Shown here piece by piece: positions 48,601-60,103 of a DNA stretch of 64,000 nt (its first letter is position 1; the number at the start of each line of letters is the position of its first letter). The stretch is from Sphaerochaetaceae bacterium (GTDB lineage: Bacteria > Spirochaetota > Spirochaetia > Sphaerochaetales > Sphaerochaetaceae). The stretch is from positions 298,543 through 362,542 of the forward strand of contig CAXXHV010000001.1 of NCBI GenBank assembly GCA_963678575.2. The letters run 5' to 3'. Both the position numbers and the translations under genes were made by a program. The notes beneath the pieces were generated by a model. That model was given only the letters and a program-made list of their open reading frames with translations, searched no databases and was not told the origin of the DNA.

Positions 48601-49175
48601 AGGTTGCAATATTAGTATCAGGCTCTGGAACTAATTTGAGAGCTATATTAAAAGAAAAAGCTTTAGGTAATCTTGAGAGAGTAAAAATATCTTGTGTAAT
48701 TAGTAATAATCAAAATGCTTATGCTCTAACAATTGCAAAACAATATAATCTTAAAACTTATTATATTGAATATAATAAAACGGATTTTGAAAAAAACTTA
48801 TTATTAACCTTAAAAAATGAGCAAATAGATTTAGTTGTGTTAGCAGGATTTATAAAAATCCTTTCACCTTCTTTTTTTATTTCATATAATAAACCAATAA
48901 TTAATGTACATCCTTCCTTAATTCCAAGTTTTTGTGGAAAAGGTTATTATGGATTAAAAGTACATCAAGCAGCGCTTGATAAAGGGGTTAAAGTAAGTGG
49001 AGCTACAGTTCATTATGTAAATGATGTTCCCGATGGAGGGAAAATTATTTTACAAAAGGCTGTTGAAGTAAGAGATGATGATGATGCCCAAGCTCTTCAA
49101 AAAAGAATAATGGAAGAGGCAGAATGGGTATTATTACCTCAAGCGATTGATTTATTATCAAAGGAAGTTTTATGA
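48594..49175 (+). CDS. purN: GAR formyltransferase
   Basis: VLVSGSGTNL, LAGF..IL, NVHPSL.P.F.G, SG.TVHYV....D.G.I. Confidence 0.93.
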   Translation: MLKVAILVSGSGTNLRAILKEKALGNLERVKISCVISNNQNAYALTIAKQYNLKTYYIEYNKTDFEKNLLLTLKNEQIDLVVLAGFIKILSPSFFISYNKPIINVHPSLIPSFCGKGYYGLKVHQAALDKGVKVSGATVHYVNDVPDGGKIILQKAVEVRDDDDAQALQKRIMEEAEWVLLPQAIDLLSKEVL

Positions 49176-49879
49176 TTAATATTTTAGATTATTTTTCAAA
49201 TTCAGATTATCCAGGAAGGAATATTACTGTTGGTAAAATGAATGATGGAGCTATTTTTTTCTGTTATGGGATTATGGGAAGAAGTGAGCATTCAAAAAAT
49301 AGAATTTTTGTTAAAGAAAAGAATATTGTAAAAACAAAAGCATATAATGAGGCTCTATTAAAAGATCCTTCATTGATTATATATAATGCTGTAATTCCAA
49401 TCAAAAATGGATACATTGTTACAAATGGGGATCAAAGTGATACTATTTTAGAATATCTAAATAGAAAAAAAGCATTTGAAGATTCTTTGAGAACTAGAGC
49501 TTTTGAAAATGATGCTCCAAACTATACGCCAAGAATAAGTGCTTTACTTAAATTTAAAGATGATGAGTTAAAGAAGGTTGAATTTTCAATTTTAAAAAGA
49601 GGAAGTTTTGGAGGAGTAAGAAGATTTTTCTATGATTATGAGAAAATAGAACCAAATACTGCTCTTGTTATAAATACTTATAGTGAAAATACTAATCCAT
49701 TAAAACCTTTTGTTGGAGAACCTATTGAAGTTTCAATACCAAAAACTACAGATATAAATGAATTAACAAATATTATTTTTGATTCACAAAATAGTGATAA
49801 TAGAATTTCATTATATGGATTAAAATATAAAAAAAACGCTATTGAAGATATTATTATAAATACTAATAAGGATAATTAA
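49172..49879 (+). CDS. purO: IMP cyclohydrolase, PurO-like (archaeal-type, non-PurH)
   Basis: YPGRNITVGK..DG, MGRSEHSKNR, LIIYNAV...VTNGDQSDTI, APNYTPRISA fit the IMP_cyclohyd family. Positioned directly before the AICAR transformylase gene. Confidence 0.8.
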   Translation: MINILDYFSNSDYPGRNITVGKMNDGAIFFCYGIMGRSEHSKNRIFVKEKNIVKTKAYNEALLKDPSLIIYNAVIPIKNGYIVTNGDQSDTILEYLNRKKAFEDSLRTRAFENDAPNYTPRISALLKFKDDELKKVEFSILKRGSFGGVRRFFYDYEKIEPNTALVINTYSENTNPLKPFVGEPIEVSIPKTTDINELTNIIFDSQNSDNRISLYGLKYKKNAIEDIIINTNKDN

Positions 49880-49880
49880 A

Positions 49881-51047
49881 ATGGATACTATTAAATTAAA
49901 ATATGGATGTAATCCGCATCAAAAAAATGCTCAAGTTTACTGTGAAAAATTACCAATTAAAGTGCTCAATGGAAATCCTGGATATATTAATCTTATGGAT
50001 GCTTTAAATAGTTATCAATTAGTAAGAGAATTAGATATTTCCTTAAATTTACCTGCTGCGGCATCTTTTAAGCATATAAGTCCCGCTGGAGCCGCCGTTT
50101 ATTATCCTTTGAATGATGATGAAAAGAAAATGTATTTTGTAAAAGAAGAATTAAGTGAACTAGCTGTAGCATATACAAGAAGTCGTGGAGCAGATAGACT
50201 TTCTTCTTTTGGTGATTTTGTTGCCTTATCAAGAGAATGTGATGAAAGTACCGCAAGATGTATTAATAAAGAAGTTTCAGATGGTGTTATTGCACCTTCA
50301 TATAGTGATAAAGCTTTAGCTATTTTAAAGAAAAAAAGAAAGGGTGCTTATACTGTTATTCAAATTGATAAAGACTATATTGCTCCTAAAAAAGAAAAAA
50401 GAGAAATTTTTGGTATTACTTTTGAAATGGATAGAAATGATGTTATTTTTGATAAATCCTATTTAGAAAATATAGTAACTGAAAAAAAAGAGTTTCCTCA
50501 AAGTGCAATAATTGATTTAATTGTAGCTACCATTGCTGTAAAATATACTCAATCTAATTCAGTATGTTACTCATATAGAGGACAAACAATAGGAGTTGGT
50601 GCTGGTGGGCAAAGCCGAATTCATTGTACTCGTTTAGCCGCAGAAAAAAGTGATAGATGGTTGCTTAGAATGCATCCTAAAGTATTAAACCTGCCTTTTA
50701 AAGAAAAATTATCCAGAAATACTAAAGATAATGTTATTGAACAATATTTAAATGAAAAAAGAGAAATAGATTTATTTAATGAAGAGACTTTAAATTTATA
50801 TTTTAATGATAAAGTTGAAGTTTTAAGTGAAAAAGAAAAAGAAGATTATTTAAAAAATATTAATTCTATTTGCCTATCATCTGATGCTTTCTTCCCTTTT
50901 GAAGATAATATTTATAGAGCAAAAAGAAGCGGGGTAAGTTATATAGTTCAACCTGGTGGCTCTATTAGGGATGAAGAAGTTATAAAAGCTTGTAATGATT
51001 TAGATATAGTAATGGCTTTTAGCAATTTAAGATTATTCCATCATTAG
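49881..51047 (+). CDS. purH: AICAR transformylase (PurH C-terminal domain only; no MGS/IMPCH domain)
   Basis: Starts at LKYGCNPHQ, KHISPAGAA, GVGAGGQSRI, SDAFFPF.DNI......GV..IVQPGGS.RD. Confidence 0.88.
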   Translation: MDTIKLKYGCNPHQKNAQVYCEKLPIKVLNGNPGYINLMDALNSYQLVRELDISLNLPAAASFKHISPAGAAVYYPLNDDEKKMYFVKEELSELAVAYTRSRGADRLSSFGDFVALSRECDESTARCINKEVSDGVIAPSYSDKALAILKKKRKGAYTVIQIDKDYIAPKKEKREIFGITFEMDRNDVIFDKSYLENIVTEKKEFPQSAIIDLIVATIAVKYTQSNSVCYSYRGQTIGVGAGGQSRIHCTRLAAEKSDRWLLRMHPKVLNLPFKEKLSRNTKDNVIEQYLNEKREIDLFNEETLNLYFNDKVEVLSEKEKEDYLKNINSICLSSDAFFPFEDNIYRAKRSGVSYIVQPGGSIRDEEVIKACNDLDIVMAFSNLRLFHH

Positions 51048-51057
51048 GAGTTTTAGG

Positions 51058-52323
51058 GTGAATATTTTAATTGTAGGCGGTGGTGGTAGAGAAGATGCCA
51101 TAATTTGTAAATTATTGGAAAATAAAACTATTGATAAAATATTTGCCCTACCTGGCCCTGGTATAAAAAGAGATAGAGTTATTAATATAGATATTCAAGT
51201 AACTGAATTTGATAAAATAATTGAATTTTGTAAATCTAATATTATTGATTTTGCTATAGTTTCTCCTGATAATCCTTTGGTATTAGGATTAGTAGACGAA
51301 ATTCAAAAATTAAATATATTAACTTTCGGACCTAATAAAAGAGCTGCTATTATCGAAGGGAGTAAAAATTTCTCAAAAGAATTAATGAAAAAGTACGACA
51401 TTCCAACAGCAGCTTATAAGGTATTTAAAGATAGCAAAAAAGCTATAAGCTATCTCAATCAATGTTCTTTCCCAATTGTAATTAAGGCTGATGGTTTAGC
51501 ATTTGGAAAGGGTGTTGTTATTTGTGAATCAAAGTTAATGGCTGTAGATACAATTATTGATTTTCTTGATAATAAAAAATTTAATTCTAGTAGTTCAAAA
51601 ATAATTATTGAAGAATTTTTAAACGGATATGAAGTTTCTATTCTAGCCTTTTGCGATGGAAATACCTTGAAACCTTTAGTTTCATCTATGGATCATAAAA
51701 GAATATATGATAATGATGAGGGGCTTAATACTGGAGGAATGGGAGTTGTTGCTCCAAATCCCTATTATACAAAAGAAATAGAACAATATTGTTGGGATAA
51801 TATTTTTATTAAAACAATTAATGCCATGAAATCAGAAAATAGAGAATTTAAAGGTTGTCTATATTTTGGTTTAATTGTTGATGATAAAAAAGCAAAAGTA
51901 ATTGAATATAATTGTCGATTTGGAGATCCTGAAACTCAAGCTGTTTTACCATTATTAGAAAGTGATTTACTAACAATAATGATGGCCTGTGCTAAGGGTA
52001 ATATAGCCCCAATTGAAGTTAAGCTTAGTAATAAGGCCTCATGTAATCTTGTAGTTGCAAGTGGGGGGTATCCACTTTCATATGAAAAAAATAAGAAAAT
52101 TGTAATTAATAAATTAAAATATAGTAATGTTTTTTATTCAGGTGTGAAAAGTGTTGATGAGTCTTTATTTAGTAATGGCGGTAGAGTTTTAAGTATTACT
52201 TCAGTTTCAAATAATTTAGAACAAGCTATTAAAAATGTATATCAAGATGTGAAAAACATTGAATTCGATAATATGTATTATAGAAATGATATTGGGCAAA
52301 AAGCATTAGGAAAATTAAAGTAG
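51058..52323 (+). CDS. purD: GAR synthetase
   Basis: GTG start with AGGAG RBS. ILIVGGGGRE, ADGLA.GKGV, GPNTGGMG-like NTGGMGV, CRFGDPE. Confidence 0.93.
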   Translation: MNILIVGGGGREDAIICKLLENKTIDKIFALPGPGIKRDRVINIDIQVTEFDKIIEFCKSNIIDFAIVSPDNPLVLGLVDEIQKLNILTFGPNKRAAIIEGSKNFSKELMKKYDIPTAAYKVFKDSKKAISYLNQCSFPIVIKADGLAFGKGVVICESKLMAVDTIIDFLDNKKFNSSSSKIIIEEFLNGYEVSILAFCDGNTLKPLVSSMDHKRIYDNDEGLNTGGMGVVAPNPYYTKEIEQYCWDNIFIKTINAMKSENREFKGCLYFGLIVDDKKAKVIEYNCRFGDPETQAVLPLLESDLLTIMMACAKGNIAPIEVKLSNKASCNLVVASGGYPLSYEKNKKIVINKLKYSNVFYSGVKSVDESLFSNGGRVLSITSVSNNLEQAIKNVYQDVKNIEFDNMYYRNDIGQKALGKLK

Positions 52324-52329
52324 GGTAAT

Positions 52330-55300
52330 ATGGTTAAAACTGTTTATGTTAAAAAGAAAGATAATTTTAAAGACGATATTTTAAAAGATGATTTAAATTT
52401 ATTATTAAATGTTAATATTGAAAAATTAATTACATATAATCGATATGAAGTTGAAGGATTAGATGATGATTTGTTTGAAAAAAGCATTAAATATATTTTT
52501 AGTGAAATAAATTTGGATGATATCTTCTTTGAATTGCCAAAGAGTCAAATTTTATTTGCAATAGAATTACTAGATGGTCAATTCGATCAAAGAGCTGATT
52601 CAGCAGAAAAATGTATAGCTCTATTATGCTCTAATACTAATATTAAGATACGTTACACCACAATATATGCTATTGAAGGAGATTTGAATTCTTCTGAAAT
52701 ACAAAAACTTAAAAAGTATTTAATTAATCCGGTTGAAGCGAAAGAAGCTAGTTTAATCCCAAGAGCTACATTAAAAAATATTTCAAAAGAAAAAATTAAT
52801 ATAACTATTTTAGATGACTTTATTAATTTTAATGATTCTAAATTAATTGAGGTTTTAGATGAATTTTCATTAGCTATGGATATCGATGATTTAAAATTAT
52901 TTCAAACTTATTTTATAAATGAAAAGAGAAATCCTAGTTTAACAGAATTAAAAGTGGTTGATACTTATTGGAGTGATCATTGTAGACATACAACTTTTAA
53001 TACTATTTTTAATGATGTTATGATTGAAGATGATGAGGTTAATAAAACCTATAACGATTATTTATTGTCAAAAAAGAAGATTAATTCAAATAAACCCAAT
53101 TCATTAATGGACATCGCAACTATAGCTTCAAAAACTTTAAAAAAAGATGGATTTGTACAAGCTGAAGAAGTTAGTGATGAAATTAATGCTTGTTCTATAA
53201 ATATTAAAGTTGATGTAGATAACAAAGATGAAGATTATTTATTATTATTTAAAAATGAAACACATAATCATCCTACTGAAATAGAACCTTTTGGTGGCGC
53301 TGCAACCTGTATTGGTGGAGCAATAAGAGATCCATTATCATCTAGAGCTTATGTTTATCAAGCTATGAGGATAAGTGGCTGTTCAGATCCTAGAGAAGCT
53401 TTTAATCAAACAATGGAGAATAAATTACCCCAAAGAACAATTGCAAAAGTTTCTGCTAAGGGTAATAGTAGTTATGGTAATCAAATAGGCTTGGCTACTT
53501 CTCATGTTAAAGAATTTTATCATGATGGATATAAAGCTAAACATCTAGAATTAGGAGCTGTTATCGCAGCAACGAAAAAAGAAAATGTAATAAGAGAAAT
53601 TCCTGAAAGGGGTGATGTTGTAATTTTATTGGGTGGAAGAACTGGTAGGGATGGAATTGGTGGAGCTACTGGATCTTCAAAATCTCATAATACTCAATCT
53701 CTTGAAACTTGTAGTGCTGAAGTACAAAAAGGAAATGCAATTGAAGAGCGAAAACTTCAAAGATTGTTTAGAAAAAAAGAAGTAACAACATTAATTAAAA
53801 GATGTAATGATTTTGGTGCTGGTGGTGTTTGTGTTGCAATTGGAGAATTAGCCCCTTCATTAAAAATTGAATTAGATAAAGTTCCTTTAAAATATGAAAA
53901 TTTAAAAGTAGAAGAAATTGCTATTAGTGAATCTCAAGAAAGAATGGCTATTGTAGTAAGAGAAAAAGATATTCCTTTTATAATTAATGAAGCTAATAAA
54001 GAAAATATTGAAGCAACAGTAGTCGCAAAAGTGGAAGATGATAATAAATTAGTCATGACTTATAATAATGAAGTTGTTGTTTCTATTTCTAGAGATTTCT
54101 TAGATACTAATGGTAGTAAAAAATATGCAGACGTTTATATATTGGAAGAAGATAAATCAGTTTTATATAATAGTAGTAAAGAAATGAAGGTTAATGAAGC
54201 TTTGTTCCAAATGTATAGTGACTTAGACTTCTGTTCTCAAAAGGGGTTAAGTAATATTTTTGATTCTACAATAGGTGCTTCAAGTGTTTTAATGCCTTAT
54301 GGAGGAAAATATCAAAATTCAAAAGAACAAGTAATGTGTGCTAAAATTCCAGTAGATGGTAATACAAATACAGTTTCTTTGATGAGTTACGGTTTTGATC
54401 CAAAAATAATGGAAAAAACTCCATATAAAGGAAGCTATTTATCAGTTGTGAGTTCAGTTTCAAAACTGATTGCTAGTGGAGCTTCACTAGATAGTATTTA
54501 TTTATCATTACAAGAATATTTTCCTTCTGTTAAAAATGATAGTAAAAAATGGGGTAATGTTACGTCAGCTCTTTTAGGCTCTTACAAAGCACAAATGGAT
54601 TTAAAAATTGGCGCTATTGGTGGGAAAGATTCAATGAGTGGAACTTATGAGAATTTGGATGTTCCAAATACTTTGGTTTCTTTTGCAGTTGGTGTTACAA
54701 AAGTAAATTCAGTAAAACCTTCTTTATTTATGAAAACTAAGACAACTTTAATTTTACTTCCAATAGAAAAAAATATTAGAAATTATTTTTTAAAAATTAC
54801 CGAAATTATTAAATCTCAAAATATTCTATCTTCTTATTCCTTAACGAGAGGTTTATTACTTGAGGCTTTATCTCAAATGAGTTTTGGAAATAGAATTGGT
54901 GTTAAAATCTATGATAATATTGATATTTTTAATGCTAAAATAGGGTCAATTCTGATTGAAGTAGATAATTTTGAAGTTATTAAAAAACAATTAATGGAAA
55001 AAGGCATTAATTATGTAGAAATTGGTAAAACTATAGAAAAAAATATATTTAAATATAAAGATGAAGAAATTGACTTATTTAAATTAGAAAATATTTCAAA
55101 AAATGTATTAGAGAAGGTATATCCAACAATTGTTGAACAAAAAAAATGTGATTTTAAAAACATTGATTTTTGTAAAAAAGATATTACTTTTGCTAAAAAT
55201 AAATTAGCAAAACCTAGAGTTATCATTCCTGTGTTTTTTGGAACAAATTGTGAAATCGATAGCAGAAGAGCGTTTGAAGAGATAGGTGCAATTGTTGAAG

Positions 55301-56010
55301 AAGTTGTTATTAATACATTTAATAGCAATACTTTATTTGAAAGTACAAATTCTTTTGTAAATAAATTAAATGATAGTCAAATATTATTTATTCCTGGGGG
55401 GTTTAGTGCTGCGGATGAACCTGAGGGTAGTGCTAAATTTATTTCAAGCTTTTTACAATCTGATAAAGTAAAAAATTCAATTAATTCTTTAATGGATAAA
55501 CGCGATGGATTAATTTTAGGAATATGTAATGGCTTTCAAGCTTTAGTAAAATCTGGGTTATTACCTTATTCTCAAATCTCAAATGTTGATGAAGGCAGTC
55601 CAACCTTAACTTATAATGATATAAATCAACATCAATCCACTATTGTTAAAGTTAGAATATCTTCTACAAAGAGCCCCTGGCTTATGCATTATAATGTTGG
55701 AGATACTTTATTAGTTCCAATAAGTCATGGAGAAGGTAAATTTATATGTAATGATGGACATCTTAATAAGTTAATTAAAAATGGACAAATTGCTTCCCAA
55801 TATGTTGATTTTGATAATAATCCAAGTATGGATATATTACATAATCCTAATGGAAGTATTTATGCTATTGAAGCAATAACTAATGAGGATGGAAGAATAC
55901 TTGGTAGAATGGGACATCTTGAGAGATGTAAAGTTGACTTGTATAAGAACATAAAAGAATATAAACCCAATAATTTAATGTTTAAAGGAGCTATTTCATA
56001 TTTTAAGTAA
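52330..56010 (+). CDS. purL: FGAM synthase, large single-chain form (PurS-like + synthetase + glutaminase)
   Basis: 1226 aa. SDHCRHTTF, NETHNHPTEIEPFGGAATC.GG.IRD, C-terminal glutaminase GICNGFQAL and HGEG. Confidence 0.93.
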   Translation: MVKTVYVKKKDNFKDDILKDDLNLLLNVNIEKLITYNRYEVEGLDDDLFEKSIKYIFSEINLDDIFFELPKSQILFAIELLDGQFDQRADSAEKCIALLCSNTNIKIRYTTIYAIEGDLNSSEIQKLKKYLINPVEAKEASLIPRATLKNISKEKINITILDDFINFNDSKLIEVLDEFSLAMDIDDLKLFQTYFINEKRNPSLTELKVVDTYWSDHCRHTTFNTIFNDVMIEDDEVNKTYNDYLLSKKKINSNKPNSLMDIATIASKTLKKDGFVQAEEVSDEINACSINIKVDVDNKDEDYLLLFKNETHNHPTEIEPFGGAATCIGGAIRDPLSSRAYVYQAMRISGCSDPREAFNQTMENKLPQRTIAKVSAKGNSSYGNQIGLATSHVKEFYHDGYKAKHLELGAVIAATKKENVIREIPERGDVVILLGGRTGRDGIGGATGSSKSHNTQSLETCSAEVQKGNAIEERKLQRLFRKKEVTTLIKRCNDFGAGGVCVAIGELAPSLKIELDKVPLKYENLKVEEIAISESQERMAIVVREKDIPFIINEANKENIEATVVAKVEDDNKLVMTYNNEVVVSISRDFLDTNGSKKYADVYILEEDKSVLYNSSKEMKVNEALFQMYSDLDFCSQKGLSNIFDSTIGASSVLMPYGGKYQNSKEQVMCAKIPVDGNTNTVSLMSYGFDPKIMEKTPYKGSYLSVVSSVSKLIASGASLDSIYLSLQEYFPSVKNDSKKWGNVTSALLGSYKAQMDLKIGAIGGKDSMSGTYENLDVPNTLVSFAVGVTKVNSVKPSLFMKTKTTLILLPIEKNIRNYFLKITEIIKSQNILSSYSLTRGLLLEALSQMSFGNRIGVKIYDNIDIFNAKIGSILIEVDNFEVIKKQLMEKGINYVEIGKTIEKNIFKYKDEEIDLFKLENISKNVLEKVYPTIVEQKKCDFKNIDFCKKDITFAKNKLAKPRVIIPVFFGTNCEIDSRRAFEEIGAIVEEVVINTFNSNTLFESTNSFVNKLNDSQILFIPGGFSAADEPEGSAKFISSFLQSDKVKNSINSLMDKRDGLILGICNGFQALVKSGLLPYSQISNVDEGSPTLTYNDINQHQSTIVKVRISSTKSPWLMHYNVGDTLLVPISHGEGKFICNDGHLNKLIKNGQIASQYVDFDNNPSMDILHNPNGSIYAIEAITNEDGRILGRMGHLERCKVDLYKNIKEYKPNNLMFKGAISYFK

Positions 56011-56127
56011 TAACTTGATAATAATTGGTTAATTTTACAAAAAAAAGAATTATTTATAATAAATATGTAACTAAATATAGTTTCTATCTGTTCATATTTT
56101 TGTAGATTAAATTATTAAGGAAGAATT

Positions 56128-56805
56128 ATGAAACAAGGAAAAAAATTATTTTTAACATTACTAATTATATTATCTGTAAATATGGGACTATTCGCAAGAA
56201 CAACAGTAGTTCACCCATCTTATTATAATAATGGGCCGAATTTATTGTTTAATGATATTTATTCATCATTAATGATAAGTTCCATATATACTAATCCAGT
56301 TACAACTGCTGAAACAGATAATGTTGTGAAAGTTGGAGCAAATTACAATAGCTCGGTATTTTTCAAGGATTTCCCAGTTGGTGGTTATTCCAGCTTTGAT
56401 GTATCTCAACTGGAAAGTGATGTTTATATGTTAGATGGTATACTAGGACTTGCCTTTAGACAAAGCGTAAGCCCGGTTCAAGAAACATATTTGAACTTTG
56501 GTCCAGCTGTTTCAATTATTACTCAAGATGAAGATAGTTCATTAACTCCATATACTTTAGTATATTGGGGTGCTGGAATTAATGCTGGGTATCGAATAGC
56601 TGCTTCTCCTCAAGTTAAAGCTTTAGTTATTGATGTTGGCGCAAGTGCAAAAGCTTTTTGGTATGATGGCTACATTAGTGTAAATACTTTAGGTGTCGGA
56701 GCAAGAGATTTTAGATATTCTATTAGTGGTTATGTAGGTATTACTTATAGATGGTTTGCCCCTAATTGGAGTGATGAAGATTTAAATGTAATAATTGCAT
56801 TATAA
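56128..56805 (+). CDS. Small secreted / outer-membrane beta-barrel-like hypothetical protein
   Basis: AGGAAG RBS and signal peptide MKQGKKLFLTLLIILSVNMGLFA. Alternating aromatic/small residues, with a near-terminal GITYRWF beta-signal-like motif followed by a 17-aa tail. Confidence 0.45.
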   Translation: MKQGKKLFLTLLIILSVNMGLFARTTVVHPSYYNNGPNLLFNDIYSSLMISSIYTNPVTTAETDNVVKVGANYNSSVFFKDFPVGGYSSFDVSQLESDVYMLDGILGLAFRQSVSPVQETYLNFGPAVSIITQDEDSSLTPYTLVYWGAGINAGYRIAASPQVKALVIDVGASAKAFWYDGYISVNTLGVGARDFRYSISGYVGITYRWFAPNWSDEDLNVIIAL

Positions 56806-56827
56806 ATATTTTTATTATGATTCAATA

Positions 56828-56894
56828 AAATCTCCATAGTAGAGACAACTTGAGAGACTTCTTAAGTAATGAAACTACTTGGAGATTATTTTTT
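56828..56894 (+). terminator. Possible terminator (long-loop hairpin plus T7) between the OMP-like gene and carB
   Basis: AATCTCCA(T)AGTAG ... CTACTTGGAGATT followed by TTTTTTT. The loop is about 32 nt, so the call is uncertain. Confidence 0.4.
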
Positions 56895-56896
56895 TA

Positions 56897-59800
56897 CTAG
56901 ATAAATTTTTTTATTGCTTCTACTTTAAATTCTTTTTTCATCATGTATTTTATAGCATCTAATGCTGCTTTTGCTGCACTAGTTGTTGTAGTATATGGTA
57001 TTTTTTGCATAAGCGCTTCACTTCTCAAATCATCATTGCTCGAAATTGCATGAAATCCCATAGGAGTGTTTATTACTAGATCAATTTTTTTTGCTCTTAT
57101 GTTATCAACAATATTTGGAGATCCATCTATTGTCTTTAGCATTACTTCACAAAGAATATCATTATCAAATAAGTCACGTGCAGTACCTCTAGTTGCAGCA
57201 ATTGAAAAACCTAATTCTTGCAATTCTTTTGCAATTGGTATTATTGTTTTTCTATCTTTTTTATTTACACTTATTAAGATTTTCCCTTTTGTTGGTAATT
57301 TATTTCCAGCACTTATTTGGCTTTTTGCGTAAGCTTCTCCAAATGTGTATCCACTACCAGTTGTTTCTCCAGTGCTTCTCATTTCAGGACCTAAAATAGG
57401 ATCAATATTTTTAAAACGATCAAAAGAAAAAACCGCTTCTTTAATAGCCCATCCAATTGTGCATGTACCACAAGAGTAATTTGATTTTTCATCAACAAGA
57501 TTCTGTTGTACAAGATCAATGTTGGAGAATACTTTTGTTGCTACTTCAATTAAATTTACTTGAGAGTATTTTGAAATAAAAGGAATGGTTCTACTTGCTC
57601 TTGGGTTTAATTCAATTATATATAATTTATCATTTTTTATTGCAAATTGAAGATTTACAAGACCAATTATTTTAAAATATTTGCATAATTTATAAGTGGC
57701 TTCTTTCATTTGTAATAAATGTTCTTCGCTTATTTTATAAGGAGGGAAAACAGCAGCACTATCCCCACTATGAATACCGGCTGCTTCAATGTGTTGAAGA
57801 ATACCTCCTATATATAATTTATTTCCATCAAATACTCCATCTAAGTCATATTCAAAAGCATCTTCCAAAAATTCATCAATAATGATTGGTTTTTCTTTAT
57901 TTATAATTACTTCTTCTTTTTCTAGAAAATCAATAAGTGCTTTAGAATTATAAGCAATAAACATACTCCTTCCACCAAGAACAAAGGAAGGTCTAATTAA
58001 TACAGGATAACCAATGGTATTTGCAATGCTAAAGACTTCTTCTTTGCTGGATGCAATACTATTTCTAGCTTGATTTAAATTTAAACTCTCAATAGCATTT
58101 TTAAAGGTTGATCTATCTTCACTTGCTTTTATTCCTTCAAGACTAGTCCCGACAATATTAAAATTAGCATTTGCCAAATCTTCTGCAATATTTAAAGGTG
58201 TTTGTCCCCCCAATTGAATAATAACATCTTTTACTTTTTCTCTTTTAAGGATTTCTATTACACTTTCACTATTTAAGGCCTCAATATAGAGCCTATCACT
58301 ACTATTATAGTCTGTGCTTACGGTTTCAGGGTTTGAATTAATAATTATTGTTTTTTTATTTAAGTTTTTATATGTTAAAGAACATAAGGTACAACAAGTA
58401 TCAAATTCAAGCCCTTGCCCAATCCTATTTGGACCACTTGCTAATATTGCAACGGTATTTTCTCCTAGGACTTCTCCTTCTGATTTTTCTCCATAAGTGT
58501 TATATAAATATGGAGTGAGAGCCTCAAACTCTCCTGCACAAGTATCAACAAAATGCGGAGTAATGTGTATATTGAAATCATTTCTCAATTTACATACTTC
58601 ACTTTCTATCTTATTTGATAAGAAAGCTATTCTTTTATCACTCATTCCAAATTGTTTTGCTTTTAATAATAATTCTTTTGTTAAGATATTTTTACGTATT
58701 TCATTATCTAATTTAGATTGTTCTAGTAGTTGGTATAAAAAGAATTTGTCAAAACCTGTAATTGCTGCTATTTCATTAATACCTTCCTTTCCTAACTTAC
58801 ATATTTTTGTATATGCTGCTAATAGTCTTAAGGGATGAGCATTATTTAGATATATATCAACATCTTTTGTTAGTTCTTCAATTCCTTCATACCCACATTC
58901 AATAGATCTAATTGCTTTGTTCAATGCTTCAATAATCGTTCTTCCTAATGCTAAAGATTCTCCAACGCTTCTCATTTGAGAACCTATTGCTGAGGGTGGA
59001 AGTGGGAATTTTTCTAATTCAAATCTTGGAACTTTTATTGCGCAATAATCTAAAGCTGGTTCGAAACATGATACACTTTTACCTGTAATTTCATTTACTA
59101 CTTCATCTAGAGTGTAGCCTATTGCTAATTTTGTTGAACAGTGTGCAATAGGGAACCCTGTTGCTTTTGATGCGAGAGCTGAAGAACGAGATACTCTTGG
59201 ATTCATTTCAATGACTACCATTTCTTTAGTTGTTTTATTATAAGCAAACTGAACATTTGAACCTCCGCAATCAATTCCTACTTCTCTAAGTATAGCAATT
59301 GACGCATCTCTCATTCTTTGATATTCGTTATCACTTAGTGTTTGAATAGGTGCTATAGTTATTGAATCTCCTGTATGCACTCCCATAGGATCAATATTTT
59401 CAATTGAACATACAATTATAGCGTTATCATTTTTATCTCTAATAACTTCCATTTCGAATTCATCCCAACCAATTAAGGATTGTTCAACTAATATTTGAGA
59501 ATTAGGACTTTCTAATAAAGCTTGTTTTACTAATTGAATAAACTCTTCTTTATTGTTTGCAATTGCTCCGCCTCTACCGCCAAGCGTAAAACTAGGTCTA
59601 ATAATTAGAGGAAACCCTATATCCTTTGAGAGAGATATTGCTTGATTGAGATTGTTTGCTATTCCGCTTTTAGGTGATTTTAGCCCTAGTTTTTCAATTA
59701 GAGTTTTAAACTCGCCCCTATCTTCAGCTTTCTTTATAGATTCAACACTTGCACCAAGTATTTCAACATTATATTTTTCAAGATATCCTTTTTCTTGTAA

Positions 59801-60103
59801 TTCCAGTGTTAGATTTAGAGCAGATTGCCCACCAACAGTTGAAAGGACAGCATCTATTTTTTCTTTTTTAAATATTGCCTCAACGTATTCACAGGTTAAT
59901 GGCTCCATATATACCTTATCTGCTAAAAATGGTGTACTCATCATAGTAGCAGGGTTTGGATTAATTAATATGGTTTTATATCCTTCTTCTTTTAATGCTT
60001 TTATTGCTTGTGTTCCACTATAGTCAAATTCACAAGCTTGACCGATTACAATTGGTCCACTACCAATAATTAATATAGTTTTTATATCTAATCTTTTCCC
60101 CAT
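56897..60103 (-). CDS. carB: Carbamoyl-phosphate synthase large subunit
   Basis: 1068 aa with duplicated ATP-grasp halves ([19 protein letters not shown]; [16 protein letters not shown]) and a C-terminal MGS-like domain. Confidence 0.97.
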   Translation of the reverse strand: MGKRLDIKTILIIGSGPIVIGQACEFDYSGTQAIKALKEEGYKTILINPNPATMMSTPFLADKVYMEPLTCEYVEAIFKKEKIDAVLSTVGGQSALNLTLELQEKGYLEKYNVEILGASVESIKKAEDRGEFKTLIEKLGLKSPKSGIANNLNQAISLSKDIGFPLIIRPSFTLGGRGGAIANNKEEFIQLVKQALLESPNSQILVEQSLIGWDEFEMEVIRDKNDNAIIVCSIENIDPMGVHTGDSITIAPIQTLSDNEYQRMRDASIAILREVGIDCGGSNVQFAYNKTTKEMVVIEMNPRVSRSSALASKATGFPIAHCSTKLAIGYTLDEVVNEITGKSVSCFEPALDYCAIKVPRFELEKFPLPPSAIGSQMRSVGESLALGRTIIEALNKAIRSIECGYEGIEELTKDVDIYLNNAHPLRLLAAYTKICKLGKEGINEIAAITGFDKFFLYQLLEQSKLDNEIRKNILTKELLLKAKQFGMSDKRIAFLSNKIESEVCKLRNDFNIHITPHFVDTCAGEFEALTPYLYNTYGEKSEGEVLGENTVAILASGPNRIGQGLEFDTCCTLCSLTYKNLNKKTIIINSNPETVSTDYNSSDRLYIEALNSESVIEILKREKVKDVIIQLGGQTPLNIAEDLANANFNIVGTSLEGIKASEDRSTFKNAIESLNLNQARNSIASSKEEVFSIANTIGYPVLIRPSFVLGGRSMFIAYNSKALIDFLEKEEVIINKEKPIIIDEFLEDAFEYDLDGVFDGNKLYIGGILQHIEAAGIHSGDSAAVFPPYKISEEHLLQMKEATYKLCKYFKIIGLVNLQFAIKNDKLYIIELNPRASRTIPFISKYSQVNLIEVATKVFSNIDLVQQNLVDEKSNYSCGTCTIGWAIKEAVFSFDRFKNIDPILGPEMRSTGETTGSGYTFGEAYAKSQISAGNKLPTKGKILISVNKKDRKTIIPIAKELQELGFSIAATRGTARDLFDNDILCEVMLKTIDGSPNIVDNIRAKKIDLVINTPMGFHAISSNDDLRSEALMQKIPYTTTTSAAKAALDAIKYMMKKEFKVEAIKKFI

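Noticed and set aside
57066-60023. Five plus-strand ORFs (60-125 aa) inside carB, and 60503..60727 inside carA
   Set aside because: All are antisense to highly conserved carAB coding sequence and are low-complexity Leu/Phe/Ser-rich. They are shadow ORFs.
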